From positions 6,807-70,806 of the forward strand of contig WRLG01000011.1 of assembly GCA_009777725.1 (NCBI GenBank): 64,000 nt of DNA, given 5' to 3'. The notes under the pieces are model-generated. The model saw only the letters and a program-made list of their open reading frames with translations, did no database searches and was not told the origin of the DNA. This DNA is from Oscillospiraceae bacterium. Lineage in GTDB: Bacteria; Bacillota; Clostridia; Oscillospirales; Ruminococcaceae. The position numbers and the translations under genes are program-made. Below, one piece after another: positions 1 to 10,798 of the stretch; the first letter of the stretch is position 1; every line of letters begins with the position of its first letter.

Positions 1-294
1 CTGGCGGGCTGTTTTATGTGCTTTTTTCGATATATTAGCTGTAATTACGATTATGTAGGGCAATTTTTTTATATTTGATTTCTTTATTTTATCAAGGAAT
101 AAAATGCCGTCACCATCCGACTGGCTGAATTCTAAATCAAGCAGAATAATATCCGGCTTGAAAGTTTCAAGCATTGAAAGCCCCTTCGCATAGCCGTCAG
201 CTGCCATAAGCTCGGCTTCAAAAGGCATAATTTCAAGGCATTTGATGTATTCCTCGCAATGCTCGCGCTCGTCCTCAATAATTAAAATTTTCAT
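1..294 (-). CDS. response regulator receiver-domain protein, N-terminal part only (gene runs off the window edge)
   Basis: Reverse translation from ATG at 294-292 gives MKILIIEDEREHCEEYIKCLE...FKPDIILLDLEFSQSDGDGILFLDKIK. This is a CheY-like pattern with N-terminal acidic residues and an LLD phospho-acceptor-type motif. It is absent from the ORF track because it is truncated. Confidence 0.7.
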   Translation of the reverse strand, partial: MKILIIEDEREHCEEYIKCLEIMPFEAELMAADGYAKGLSMLETFKPDIILLDLEFSQSDGDGILFLDKIKKSNIKKLPYIIVITANISKKAHKTARQ

Positions 295-317
295 TTAACG
301 ACACCCCCGCCGCTTTT

Positions 318-347
318 ACAATTAACAGTTAACAATTAACTGTTAGC
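318..347. repeat. intergenic heptamer repeat (GTTAAYT family), 4 units
   Basis: ACAATTAACAGTTAACAATTAACTGTTAGC; the complement reads GCTAACA GTTAATT GTTAACT GTTAATT. Confidence 0.6.
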
Positions 348-441
348 ATTTATTGAATCCTCTGATAGGGGTAAATATACGGTAAGAATCCTTTCGCGGC
401 GGTTCTGCGGCGGAATCGCCTATGAAACACGGATTATCAAA

Positions 442-485
442 CTTTCTTATATAGTAAAAAATTCATTTTTTACTATATAAGAAAG
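442..485 (-). terminator. hairpin downstream of miaB (perfect 20-bp AT-rich stem, 4-nt loop)
   Basis: CTTTCTTATATAGTAAAAAA-TTCA-TTTTTTACTATATAAGAAAG, 14 nt after the miaB stop. Confidence 0.5.
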
Positions 486-498
486 AATACCTCAACCA

Positions 499-1872
499 TT
501 AACTGTCAAGTTTTCCTTCTAATGCGGAAATTCCGGCTTTTACAATTTTTACTTTGATTCGCTGCCCGATAAGGCTTTTGTCGCCGCCCGGTATGGTTAC
601 ATTTATAAATTCATCGCTTTTGCCGCTGACGAAGCCGTCTGTCTCGCTCTCACCGTCAACCAAAAGCTCTAAAACTTTTCCTATAAAACGCTTATTGTTT
701 TCAATGGCTATTTCTCGTTGCTTTTCAAGCAATTGCCTAAACCATGCCGATTTATCGGCTTTATCCGTCTTGTCTTTAAGCAAGGCGGCTTTTGTGCCTT
801 TGCGCTTGGAATAGATAAATGAAAATATGTTATCAAACCGAACCTGTTCCAAGACCCTGATTGTTTGGCAAAAATCCTCGTAAGTTTCGTTCGGAAAGCC
901 TACGATAATATCCGTGCTGAATGAAAAGCCCGGCATTATTTTTCTTGCGTAGTTCACCGTTTCCAGATATTGCTCAACGGTATAGCCCCTGTTCATCTCG
1001 CTTAAAATGCGGTTACTCCCCGATTGAATCGGCAAGTGCAGGTGCTTGCAAACCCTTTCGCACTCTGCTATTGCGTCAATAAGCTCGCGCCCCGCGTCCT
1101 TTGGGTGAGAAGACAAGAAGCGTATTTTAAAATCGCCGTCCAACTTGTTCAGCCTGTGCAAAAGCTTGGGAAAGTCAATCTCCCCGCTTAAACCCTTGCC
1201 GTATGAATTTACATTCTGCCCTAAAAGCATGATTTCCTTAAAACCGCAGTCTGCAAGCTCTTTTACCTCGGCTGCAATATCGTCCGCACTTCTGCTTCGT
1301 TCCCGACCTCGGACATACGGCACAATGCAGTAACTGCAAAAGTTATCGCAACCGTACATTACGGGTACATCCGCTTTCATGCCGCTAAGCCGCTTGACAG
1401 GTATATCCTCGCGGATTTCTGCAACGTCGGATACCAAAGCGTCAAGAGCAGGAGTTTCTTTTGCGATGTGCTCATATAAAAGTTTGGGTAGTTCGCCTAT
1501 GGCATTTGTCCCGAAGAACAAGTCTACAAACTTGTATTGGCTTTTAAGCTTGTCTTTAATATGCTCCAAGTCCGCCATGCAACCGCAAAAACCTATGATA
1601 AGGCTCTTGTTTTTTTCTTTAAGGTGCTTCAATTCGCCCAAAAGACCGAAAACCCTCGACTCGGCACTTTCCCTAACAGCGCAGGTATTATATATAATAA
1701 TATCCGCAACAGACAGCTCCTCGGTAAACCCGAAGCCCATACTAAGCAAAAGCCCCGAAATCTTCTCCCCATCGCTGACATTCTGGCGACAGCCAAAAGT
1801 CCTGACAAGACATAAAGGAGGAGATTCCTTTTTTTTAAAGAGTTCTGATACCGCATCGGCGTATGAAATCAT
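499..1872 (-). CDS. miaB: MiaB-family tRNA methylthiotransferase (radical SAM)
   Basis: N-terminal MTTase motifs FGCRQN and YNTCAVRESAE; radical-SAM CDNFCSYCIVPYVRGRERSR; TRAM-like C-terminus. MiaB versus MtaB cannot be distinguished by eye. Confidence 0.8.
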   Translation of the reverse strand: MISYADAVSELFKKKESPPLCLVRTFGCRQNVSDGEKISGLLLSMGFGFTEELSVADIIIYNTCAVRESAESRVFGLLGELKHLKEKNKSLIIGFCGCMADLEHIKDKLKSQYKFVDLFFGTNAIGELPKLLYEHIAKETPALDALVSDVAEIREDIPVKRLSGMKADVPVMYGCDNFCSYCIVPYVRGRERSRSADDIAAEVKELADCGFKEIMLLGQNVNSYGKGLSGEIDFPKLLHRLNKLDGDFKIRFLSSHPKDAGRELIDAIAECERVCKHLHLPIQSGSNRILSEMNRGYTVEQYLETVNYARKIMPGFSFSTDIIVGFPNETYEDFCQTIRVLEQVRFDNIFSFIYSKRKGTKAALLKDKTDKADKSAWFRQLLEKQREIAIENNKRFIGKVLELLVDGESETDGFVSGKSDEFINVTIPGGDKSLIGQRIKVKIVKAGISALEGKLDS

Positions 1873-1984
1873 TTTATACTCCTTTACGGCACAACTGCGG
1901 CAAACCGCAAAGCACGATATGCACCATTAAAATGTCATATATATATTATAAAGGAAAAGTTTTAATATGTCAACTAAAAAAAGC

Positions 1985-2013
1985 TTGACAAAATTAACGA
2001 AATATAGTATGAT
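1985..2013 (+). promoter_or_regulatory. sigma-A-type promoter candidate
   Basis: TTGACA (1985-1990), 17-nt spacer, TATGAT (2008-2013), upstream of the 2067 ORF. Confidence 0.4.
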
Positions 2014-2066
2014 TATATGGTACTTAATACAAAATTACGTAAAAAACCATTTTAAAAATCCAATTA

Positions 2067-4124
2067 ATGGTTAAAATTGGAGGATTTTACTTGTCGGACT
2101 ATATCTTGATTATCATAGGTGCCGCCATCAACCTGCTCACAGTTCCTATATTAATAGCGTTGTGTATTACGCTTGGCGTTCAAAACAAATATTTGAAAAA
2201 AAGAGTAGCCGAGCTTGAAAATATGGTTATAGCCGCCAGAGTAGCGCGAAACCCGAGAGCACGGTCAGCCGCCCATCATGCTGAAACAACCTCCGATGGC
2301 GGGCTATACGATGTGCCTCATAATATGTACAGCGCGGCAAGCGTTGAAAATCCGCCGATGTACATTTGGTTTCACGAAAAAGCGCAAAACCCCGCCCCCG
2401 CGAAAAAGACAAGCGGCGCGATTAATGTTGTACTTACGGTCGGCGCGGTCTTTATGGTTCTGTCCGGGGTGATGCTGTCCTCCGCTTCATGGGGGTTTGT
2501 GAATGATGCGGTTCGCGTTGCGGTTCTACTGGTGTTCTCGGCAATATTTTTCGCCATGTCCTCCGTTTCGGAGCGCAAGCTTGAACTGCCCGTGACGGGA
2601 ATGGCGTTTTATACGGTCGGTTGCTTATTCCCTCTTCTTGCGCCCAAATTCGGCGCGCTTACGGGAGGCGCGGCTACTCCTCTTATGCTGATTCCTCCGG
2701 CTCTTTTAGCATCGAGCACCGCACTCATCATCCACCGTAAAGAAAGAAAAAGCCTGTTAAGCGGCGTTTTAGCCTTACAGCTTATACTTTTAGCGAACAT
2801 ATCCTCCCGCCTTGTAAGCTCAGACAAGGTTTTGTGCGCCTTGATGACCTGCGCCGGAATCTTCTTGATTGCCGTAATCCTCAAGCTGCTCGGAGAGCAC
2901 CATTTCAGAGGGGTATTTTCCGATGCCGTGCTTACAATCGGCATGAGCATATCGGTAATCGTTATATTTTCCGATTTGGGCTCGTTATCATCGGACAAGA
3001 CAATCATGGCATTAGCAGCGTCCTTATTGCTTCTCTTCCTGCTTATCATCCACTCGTTTGACCCGCTCACCGATAGAATTACAGCGTTAATAAGCCGATT
3101 CGCCGCCCCCTTCGTTCTGCTTATAACTTTTTATCCTCTTTTGCGGTATTTTAAGCACTTCACGGATTTAAACTACGCCTTTGTCTCTAAGCTGCTTGCC
3201 GCTTCCTTTATGCTTACTGTTACGGTTTATTGCATTTTAAAGGCGTTTTCCAAGGCTGAAATTAAGAGAAAAAGTTATTATTTTTCAGCCGGCTTAATTT
3301 TTTGCATGGTTTGTGTCTATCTTGCCGCCGAAGGCTTTATGGTTAATCGGCTCACATACGTAAACGCGGAGAAGGTTCTTACCTTGATTATATTTCCGTC
3401 CTTTCCGGCGGCAATCTACTGCCTTATAAGCATTATTCATAAGAGCTTCCGTTTTAATAAGCAAATGTTCTATATCGGCTGTATGTCGCTTTCGCTTTTT
3501 TCGTTCATTTCTGCGGCGGAATATTTGAGAATCCCCGATTTACCCTTGGACTACCTTTCCGCATTTGCGGCAACCTTTATCCTAGCCGCTTTATTTTCTA
3601 AAATAGGAAAGCTTAAATTACCGCCGACTATAGCCGCCCTATCCGCTTTTATAATATTGCCGGAGCAACCTTTTTTCAATATCCCCGTTCAATTTACCTC
3701 CGAAATCAACGCATTGGGGATAATGCTGTTTTTCTTAACGCTTAATTTTATCTGGAAAAGCGCGCCGAATATGAATAAAATGACAAGCTCCCTCGTTTTT
3801 GCCGCCGCCGTTGTAAATCTTTGGATATTATGCTCGGAAGCTGTTACCGGCAGATATATTTTTGATTCCTTGATTGTACTTATAAGTGTGTTTGTTATGC
3901 TTTTATTCTCCCTTAAATATAAGCGAAAAAAATGGTTTCTGCTTTCAACCGCCGCAACCCTCTCCATGACCCTTCTGATGACGGGCGTTCGCAGTTCCGC
4001 CTTTATCTGGTGGGGATACTTTATGCTAACCGGCATACTCCTCGTCGCCTTGGGTACGGCTTCCGAAATAAAACGCCGCAAAGGCGATGGGGAGAATCAG
4101 ATGCTGTCGGGTTGGGAATGGTGA
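2067..4124 (+). CDS. large multi-pass membrane protein, function unknown
   Basis: 685-aa ORF, almost entirely hydrophobic helices after a short charged linker. No recognisable catalytic motif. Confidence 0.65.
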   Translation: MVKIGGFYLSDYILIIIGAAINLLTVPILIALCITLGVQNKYLKKRVAELENMVIAARVARNPRARSAAHHAETTSDGGLYDVPHNMYSAASVENPPMYIWFHEKAQNPAPAKKTSGAINVVLTVGAVFMVLSGVMLSSASWGFVNDAVRVAVLLVFSAIFFAMSSVSERKLELPVTGMAFYTVGCLFPLLAPKFGALTGGAATPLMLIPPALLASSTALIIHRKERKSLLSGVLALQLILLANISSRLVSSDKVLCALMTCAGIFLIAVILKLLGEHHFRGVFSDAVLTIGMSISVIVIFSDLGSLSSDKTIMALAASLLLLFLLIIHSFDPLTDRITALISRFAAPFVLLITFYPLLRYFKHFTDLNYAFVSKLLAASFMLTVTVYCILKAFSKAEIKRKSYYFSAGLIFCMVCVYLAAEGFMVNRLTYVNAEKVLTLIIFPSFPAAIYCLISIIHKSFRFNKQMFYIGCMSLSLFSFISAAEYLRIPDLPLDYLSAFAATFILAALFSKIGKLKLPPTIAALSAFIILPEQPFFNIPVQFTSEINALGIMLFFLTLNFIWKSAPNMNKMTSSLVFAAAVVNLWILCSEAVTGRYIFDSLIVLISVFVMLLFSLKYKRKKWFLLSTAATLSMTLLMTGVRSSAFIWWGYFMLTGILLVALGTASEIKRRKGDGENQMLSGWEW

Positions 4125-4187
4125 TTTTGTCAATGTACAATTTATAATTATTGGAAGCAGGAAGTTTTATACTAAAGGAGCTTTTTT

Positions 4188-6125
4188 ATGGTCGTTCAAA
4201 ATAATTTACTCGGAATAAGTGCCTTGCGGAATCTTAATATTAACAATAATGACATCGTAAAATCACTGGAAAAGCTGTCTTCGGGTTATAAGGTCAACCG
4301 CGCGGGAGATGATGCGGCAGGGTTTGCTATGTCCGAAAAAATGAGAACGCAGATAGCCGGACTTAACCAAGCCGTAAAAAACTCCTGCGATGGGGTTTCA
4401 ATGGTTCAAACCTTTGAGGGCGCGCTTACCGAATCTCACGCTATTCTCGGGCGAATGAGGGAGCTTGCCGTTCAAGCGGCAAACGGAATATACGATGATG
4501 AGATTGACCGCGCGGCTTCAATGCTGGAGTTTCGCAATTTAGCCAAAGAGCTTGACCAGATTGCCGATACGGATTTTAACGGTATCGTAATGCTTAACGG
4601 CGGCAGACTGGCAGATGGCAGTTCCGTTCGGGATTCCGCACTGACCTTCAAAGACACTATGTTATTGCAAACAGGGGGGCGGACAAAGGATTTAGTCGAG
4701 TTTATTATAGCCGGAAAAATCCCCAATATAAACATATCGCAGAACGCAAATGTTTTCAGATATGTTTACGGCACTTGGCTTACCGATTCGCTGAATGTAC
4801 TCAGAGACCGCGCGGGGCTGAATGTAGAGCAAGACTTCAGCATGAATGTAAGGTTCGGATACGAGGATTCAAGCTGGGTAGCTCGGATGTGGTCATACCG
4901 AGGAGCAAGATATGCCTTTTCCCCGACGCTTGAATTTAACCTCAGATACATAGAGCCCGACGGTACCTTCGCAACCCCGGACGGAGCAGAGCTTATGAGC
5001 ACCGCCGGACTTTATATGGACAGGCTTATGGCGCATGAAATTACCCACGCATTAATGTGGCTGAATACAGGAGTTACTTCAATCCCTATGTGGTATTCCG
5101 AAGGACTTGCGGAGGCTGTTCAAGGATTTAACCGCTATACTTGGAATTTTGTAAGTTCGGAAGACGACAGGCTTCGCGTCAGTCATACAAATATTAATAA
5201 TGATATTCAGAATATGAGCCCCGGCATGACGGACAGCACGGTGTATTCCGCCGGATATTTATTTGTCAGCTGGCTTGATAACTATAACGGAACAAGCGGC
5301 AACGGACCGGGACAAATCAAGAACCTATCCGCGGCATTACGCACGGCTTCTTCATTTGACGCGGCTGTAACGGCGGCTTTCGGTAAAAGTCAGCTAACGC
5401 TAATGGACGAATTCAAGGCTGAATCCGCAGCGGCAGCGGCAGGCGGAGCAGCCGCCTTTGAAAGTTGGCTGAACACAAAGCTGAATATTCAAATAGGCGA
5501 TTTTATGCAGGACGCGCTTAATAATACGGACGCGCCAAGGTCCGGCATTGTCCCAAACTCAGGGACAGGGCAGGATATAAGCGCGATTTCAGATACCGTC
5601 ATTCATAACGGGCGCACTATAACCTTAGTTTGGGACTTTAGCGATGCAAGCTCATCCTCCTCGCCGTTCCTAACCTCGTTATATGAAATGACTCCCGAGG
5701 AGAGATACCAAGCCGCCGCCGCCGCGCTTGCTCCGAATTCATTCGGCGGAATCGGAGAGCTTTCGATGAATCTGGACTGCTCCTCATTTGGTCTTGGCAT
5801 TACCAATCATTCAAGGGATATTATAATTTCAATCGCTAAGCAGACCGATGCAAATTATACCATCGACCAGATAAGCTTCGCAATCAACAAGGTTTCACTC
5901 ATAAGGGCTTCCTTCGGCGCGGTGCAAAATCGCTTGGAGCATAAAATAAGTAATTTAAGTATAACTTCTGAAAATCTAACCGCCGCAGAATCCCGCATAA
6001 GAGATACGAACATTGCCGAGGAGATGATGAATTTTACAAAAAATCAAATTCTCATACAATCTTCTCAATCTATGCTTGCACAAGCCTCCAAGCTTCCGCA
6101 AAGCATTTATGAGTTGCTGAAATAG
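4188..6125 (+). CDS. fliC: flagellin with metallopeptidase-like insert in the variable region
   Basis: Conserved flagellin N-terminus (LEKLSSGYKVNRAGDDAAGFAMSEKMRTQIAGLNQA) and C-terminus (VQNRLEHKISNL...AESRIRDTNIAEEM...ILIQSSQSMLAQA). The central ~400 aa contain HEITH (5034-5048) and WYSEGLAEA. AAAGGAG RBS. Confidence 0.9.
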   Translation: MVVQNNLLGISALRNLNINNNDIVKSLEKLSSGYKVNRAGDDAAGFAMSEKMRTQIAGLNQAVKNSCDGVSMVQTFEGALTESHAILGRMRELAVQAANGIYDDEIDRAASMLEFRNLAKELDQIADTDFNGIVMLNGGRLADGSSVRDSALTFKDTMLLQTGGRTKDLVEFIIAGKIPNINISQNANVFRYVYGTWLTDSLNVLRDRAGLNVEQDFSMNVRFGYEDSSWVARMWSYRGARYAFSPTLEFNLRYIEPDGTFATPDGAELMSTAGLYMDRLMAHEITHALMWLNTGVTSIPMWYSEGLAEAVQGFNRYTWNFVSSEDDRLRVSHTNINNDIQNMSPGMTDSTVYSAGYLFVSWLDNYNGTSGNGPGQIKNLSAALRTASSFDAAVTAAFGKSQLTLMDEFKAESAAAAAGGAAAFESWLNTKLNIQIGDFMQDALNNTDAPRSGIVPNSGTGQDISAISDTVIHNGRTITLVWDFSDASSSSSPFLTSLYEMTPEERYQAAAAALAPNSFGGIGELSMNLDCSSFGLGITNHSRDIIISIAKQTDANYTIDQISFAINKVSLIRASFGAVQNRLEHKISNLSITSENLTAAESRIRDTNIAEEMMNFTKNQILIQSSQSMLAQASKLPQSIYELLK

Positions 6126-6156
6126 GGAAAGGTTTAAAAACTTTTCACATATTCAA

Positions 6157-6185
6157 TTGACAATCCGTAAAAAATGGTGTATAAT
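6157..6185 (+). promoter_or_regulatory. consensus sigma-A promoter with extended -10
   Basis: TTGACA (6157-6162), 17-nt spacer, TGtTATAAT (TATAAT at 6180-6185). Confidence 0.5.
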
Positions 6186-6223
6186 ACTATAAAACACAAT
6201 CGGAAATGAAAGGGGTATGCACA

Positions 6224-6877
6224 ATGATTAGGACGCAGACCGTGCAATTGAATTCAATAGAGGGAGTAGCCTACCGCCAAAAACTTACAGCCGGAGGCTC
6301 GGGTATAACCGTAATAACAGCAAATGACAAAGCCGTAGCCACCATAAACAAACGAGACGGCTCTTTCGCGCACTACGGAAAGGTTAACGAAAAAGTGTTT
6401 ACCGATGAAATTTTTAACGAAGCGGTCGCCTTGACTAACGGGCTTCCCTACAGGCTTCTGGGCTCTGTACAGTTAACAGGCTTTGAGAATAAGGAGGCTA
6501 AAACCGTAGAGAATAGCTCAGACGCGCAAGAAGATACCGAAAAAGCGGACGTTACCGTTGTATGCTCAAAGACCTATGATGACTTTATAGCCGCTTATAC
6601 CGATAAGAACGGCAAATTTTCATATCAGCTTATGAATAAAGACCTTATTCAGTTTGCTTCAAAAAGCAAAAAGGTAACCGAATTGATTAACGATAAGCGC
6701 GGCGATGATGAAATCGTTCGTTATATTGTAAATATTAAGGCTTCAAACCTTAATAAGGGGCTCGAAATGGACGATGAGGGCACAAAAGCTTTTGTTGAGC
6801 TCTTAGACAGCATGGAGGCAAGGTCCGCTTTTAAGGAGCTAAAGGTCTGGTTAAGAGAGCAAATGAAAAGGAAATAG
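6224..6877 (+). CDS. hypothetical protein
   Basis: Track ORF 6206..6877. The ATG at 6224 is preferred because AAAGGGG lies 7 nt upstream. No recognisable domain. Confidence 0.55.
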   Translation: MIRTQTVQLNSIEGVAYRQKLTAGGSGITVITANDKAVATINKRDGSFAHYGKVNEKVFTDEIFNEAVALTNGLPYRLLGSVQLTGFENKEAKTVENSSDAQEDTEKADVTVVCSKTYDDFIAAYTDKNGKFSYQLMNKDLIQFASKSKKVTELINDKRGDDEIVRYIVNIKASNLNKGLEMDDEGTKAFVELLDSMEARSAFKELKVWLREQMKRK

Positions 6878-6946
6878 GGCTTTTCGGAGCTCTGAGCAAG
6901 CATATTTGCATATAATACCCTTTATGCCCATAAGGGGGCATACGAA

Positions 6947-6983
6947 AACAGGATGCGGTTAAGGAATATAACCGCATCCTGTT
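6947..6983. terminator. bidirectional hairpin between convergent genes
   Basis: AACAGGATGCGGTT-(9 nt)-AACCGCATCCTGTT flanked by A/T runs. Confidence 0.6.
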
Positions 6984-7000
6984 TAAAATTTATGTTCCGA

Positions 7001-8711
<1,711 letters not shown>

Positions 8712-8816
8712 CTTAATAAATCCTCCCGCTAAAGCGTTTATTTTCTTAATTTTAACACTATAACGCCGCTTTGTCAAGAGATTTTTATTAAACATTATTT
8801 GTTTTTTCAAAAATAC

Positions 8817-8845
8817 TTGATATATTTTCTCTTATATTGTATAAT
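8817..8845 (+). promoter_or_regulatory. sigma-A-type promoter candidate
   Basis: TTGATA (8817-8822), 17-nt spacer, TGtTATAAT (TATAAT at 8840-8845). Confidence 0.45.
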
Positions 8846-8896
8846 ATTATATATACTGTTCAACGATAAGCGCAGAATCTGAAAGGAGTGGTCGCT

Positions 8897-9778
8897 ATGC
8901 CGAAGGGCAAATCAAGGTCTCCCGCCGTTTCAATACTTAATGCAGTCGTTATATTCGCCCTTGCAGTCGTGCTTGTTCTGCTTTGCTTATATTTTCACCT
9001 GCGAAACAGCGGGGAAATCAATATTTCCGATGAACCCCCGCAGGAGATTACCACAGCCGAATACGCTGTAATACCGTCGCCAAACACAGAAACAACGATT
9101 TCCGTTACAGAAACAAGCATTTCCCCGGACGAAACAACCGCTTTACCCGAAGAAACGGAGCTACCGCCGGAGGAAACGCCGCCAAACCCATATGACTATG
9201 ACGTGGAATTTTTTACAGGCAATTTATTTATAGGTGATTCTATCGCTACGGGTCTTACACATTATGAATTGATTCCTCCCGAGTATGTTTTCGCACAGGT
9301 CGGGTTGAGTGCTTCAACCGCCGTGACACATCCCATACCCGATTTGAGTGACCCCGACAAAGCCGAAAAAACTGCCCCCCAAAAAGTTTATGAGCTGCAG
9401 CCCGAATATATATTTATCATGCTGGGAACAAACAGCATCGCCTATCATAATAACGTATATCTGACGGAGCAAATGTCCTTGTTTATAGATGCTTTGCGAG
9501 AAGTCTCTCCTTACTCCTCAATTGCCTTAATATCAATTCCGCCCGTTACAGCCAAATACGAAGCGGCGCATATCCAAAAGCTTGACATCATTATTGATTA
9601 TAACGAAAAACTCGAAGAGCTTGCAGGTCAAAAAAATTGTCAATACATAGACACTTTCAGCATATTAACCGATGAAACAGGCTATTTCTCGTTAAATTAT
9701 GCCGAAAATGACGGTTTGCATTTCAAAAGCAGAGCATATCCTCCCCTTTTAAGCAAGATACAATCAGAGCTCACTTAA
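8897..9778 (+). CDS. membrane-anchored SGNH/GDSL-family hydrolase
   Basis: N-terminal TM helix and a Pro/Glu/Thr-rich linker. Block I is FIGDSIATG and block V is NDGLHF. ATG at 8897 with AAAGGAG upstream. Confidence 0.7.
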   Translation: MPKGKSRSPAVSILNAVVIFALAVVLVLLCLYFHLRNSGEINISDEPPQEITTAEYAVIPSPNTETTISVTETSISPDETTALPEETELPPEETPPNPYDYDVEFFTGNLFIGDSIATGLTHYELIPPEYVFAQVGLSASTAVTHPIPDLSDPDKAEKTAPQKVYELQPEYIFIMLGTNSIAYHNNVYLTEQMSLFIDALREVSPYSSIALISIPPVTAKYEAAHIQKLDIIIDYNEKLEELAGQKNCQYIDTFSILTDETGYFSLNYAENDGLHFKSRAYPPLLSKIQSELT

Positions 9779-9815
9779 TTAAAGTCAAAAAATTGCCACC
9801 TTTGCAGTAGGGTTA

Positions 9816-9897
9816 TGTAGGGGACAGGCTTGCCTGTCCCGCCAATAGCGAAATGATACGTTTTTTGTGTGCGGAACGGGCAAGCCCGTCCCCTACA
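9816..9897. repeat. pair of inverted REP-like palindromic units
   Basis: TGTAGGGGACAGGCTTGCCTGTCCCGCC (9816-9843) and the inverted copy GCGGAACGGGCAAGCCCGTCCCCTACA (9871-9897). Each unit is itself a hairpin, and the stem differences between the copies are compensatory. Confidence 0.7.
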
Positions 9898-9955
9898 GAA
9901 TAAAACTTTTGACCTATTGCACAGGTGGAAAAATTGTGAAAAGAGGTAAAAAAAC

Positions 9956-10507
9956 ATGAAAAAAAGTTTAATTGCTATAGCTATTTCAATTTTCGCTCTG
10001 GCATTTTCAGCCTGTGCAAACGCAGGAAGTGATAACGGAAACGCGGAAATGGGAAGCGCAAACGTCTCCTCCGCCGCAAATACAAATTCGGAAACCGCAA
10101 GCGCTTTGGAAAACAAAACGGAAAAAACGCCAACAGAAATCACCGCCGCAATCATGGCGGAAATCGAAATCCCATCGGCGGTGGAAAAATCCATTTCCTC
10201 CCTTGGTCTTTACTATGACGTTGATGAAAGCTTGTTCGAAGCTATGTCGCTTGTAATATGTGCTTCGGGCGCGTACCCGGATGAGCTTGCGGTATTTGAG
10301 CTCAAAAATGAATCCGACTCGGACACAGTAAAGGAAGCAATCCAAAAACGCCTTGACAGTCAAACCACTCTTTTCAAGGATTACACGCCAAGCGAAATGT
10401 ATAAGCTTGACAACGCCGTCATCGGCGATAAGGGTAAATACGTATATTTTCTGGCATGTGCCGATAATGCCCGCGCAGAAGAGGTCGTTAAGGATATTTT
10501 GGAATAA
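9956..10507 (+). CDS. putative lipoprotein (DUF4358-like, tentative)
   Basis: Signal peptide with lipobox LAFSAC; Ser/Asn/Thr-rich linker. Confidence 0.6.
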   Translation: MKKSLIAIAISIFALAFSACANAGSDNGNAEMGSANVSSAANTNSETASALENKTEKTPTEITAAIMAEIEIPSAVEKSISSLGLYYDVDESLFEAMSLVICASGAYPDELAVFELKNESDSDTVKEAIQKRLDSQTTLFKDYTPSEMYKLDNAVIGDKGKYVYFLACADNARAEEVVKDILE

Positions 10508-10514
10508 AACTAAA

Positions 10515-10534
10515 CAGCCGCCTTACGGCGGCTG
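10515..10534. terminator. bidirectional GC hairpin
   Basis: CAGCCGCC-TTAC-GGCGGCTG between convergent genes. Confidence 0.6.
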
Positions 10535-10543
10535 CCTTGTCAG

Positions 10544-10669
10544 TTAACAGCAAGGATTGCAGGGCTTTTCACAGCAGTTGTCGAAACCATTGTTACCGCA
10601 GCAGAAGAACAACAGAAGAAGGATAATAATAATCCAGCAGCAGTTATTGTTTCCAAAGAATCCCAACAT
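10544..10669 (-). CDS. unannotated 41-aa Cys-rich small membrane protein
   Basis: Hand translation gives MLGFFGNNNCCWIIIILLLLFFCCGNNGFDNCCEKPCNPCC*. AAGGAGA lies 8 nt upstream of the ATG. The ORF is below the track's size cut-off. Confidence 0.55.
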   Translation of the reverse strand: MLGFFGNNNCCWIIIILLLLFFCCGNNGFDNCCEKPCNPCC

Positions 10670-10798
10670 AAGAAAAATCTCCTTATAAATGTATTTGAAA
10701 AAGCCTTTATTTTAAGTAAGCCTTAGCCGCTATGTAAGCGGCGTTATCCGCTTTTTTCGGCTTTTCATAGTTTATATTATGAAAAAAATTATCTTTGG

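Noticed and set aside
1379-1930. Plus-strand ORFs inside miaB (554..814, 1145..1333, 1379..1930, 1537..1815). Similar antisense ORFs lie inside valS, ftsZ, ppdK, ftsY, both kinases and the cas genes.
   Set aside because: They are antisense shadows of long, motif-supported genes. They have no RBS and Ser/Pro/Leu-rich junk composition.
4125-4187. Looked for a sigma-D/sigma-28 promoter (TAAA-N15-GCCGATAT) upstream of the flagellin gene.
   Set aside because: No match is visible in the 62-nt spacer or the end of the preceding gene, so no promoter call was made.
9775-10194. 139-aa minus-strand ORF.
   Set aside because: It spans the REP-like hairpins and runs antisense to the well-supported lipoprotein gene. 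It has no RBS and is an artefact of the repeat.
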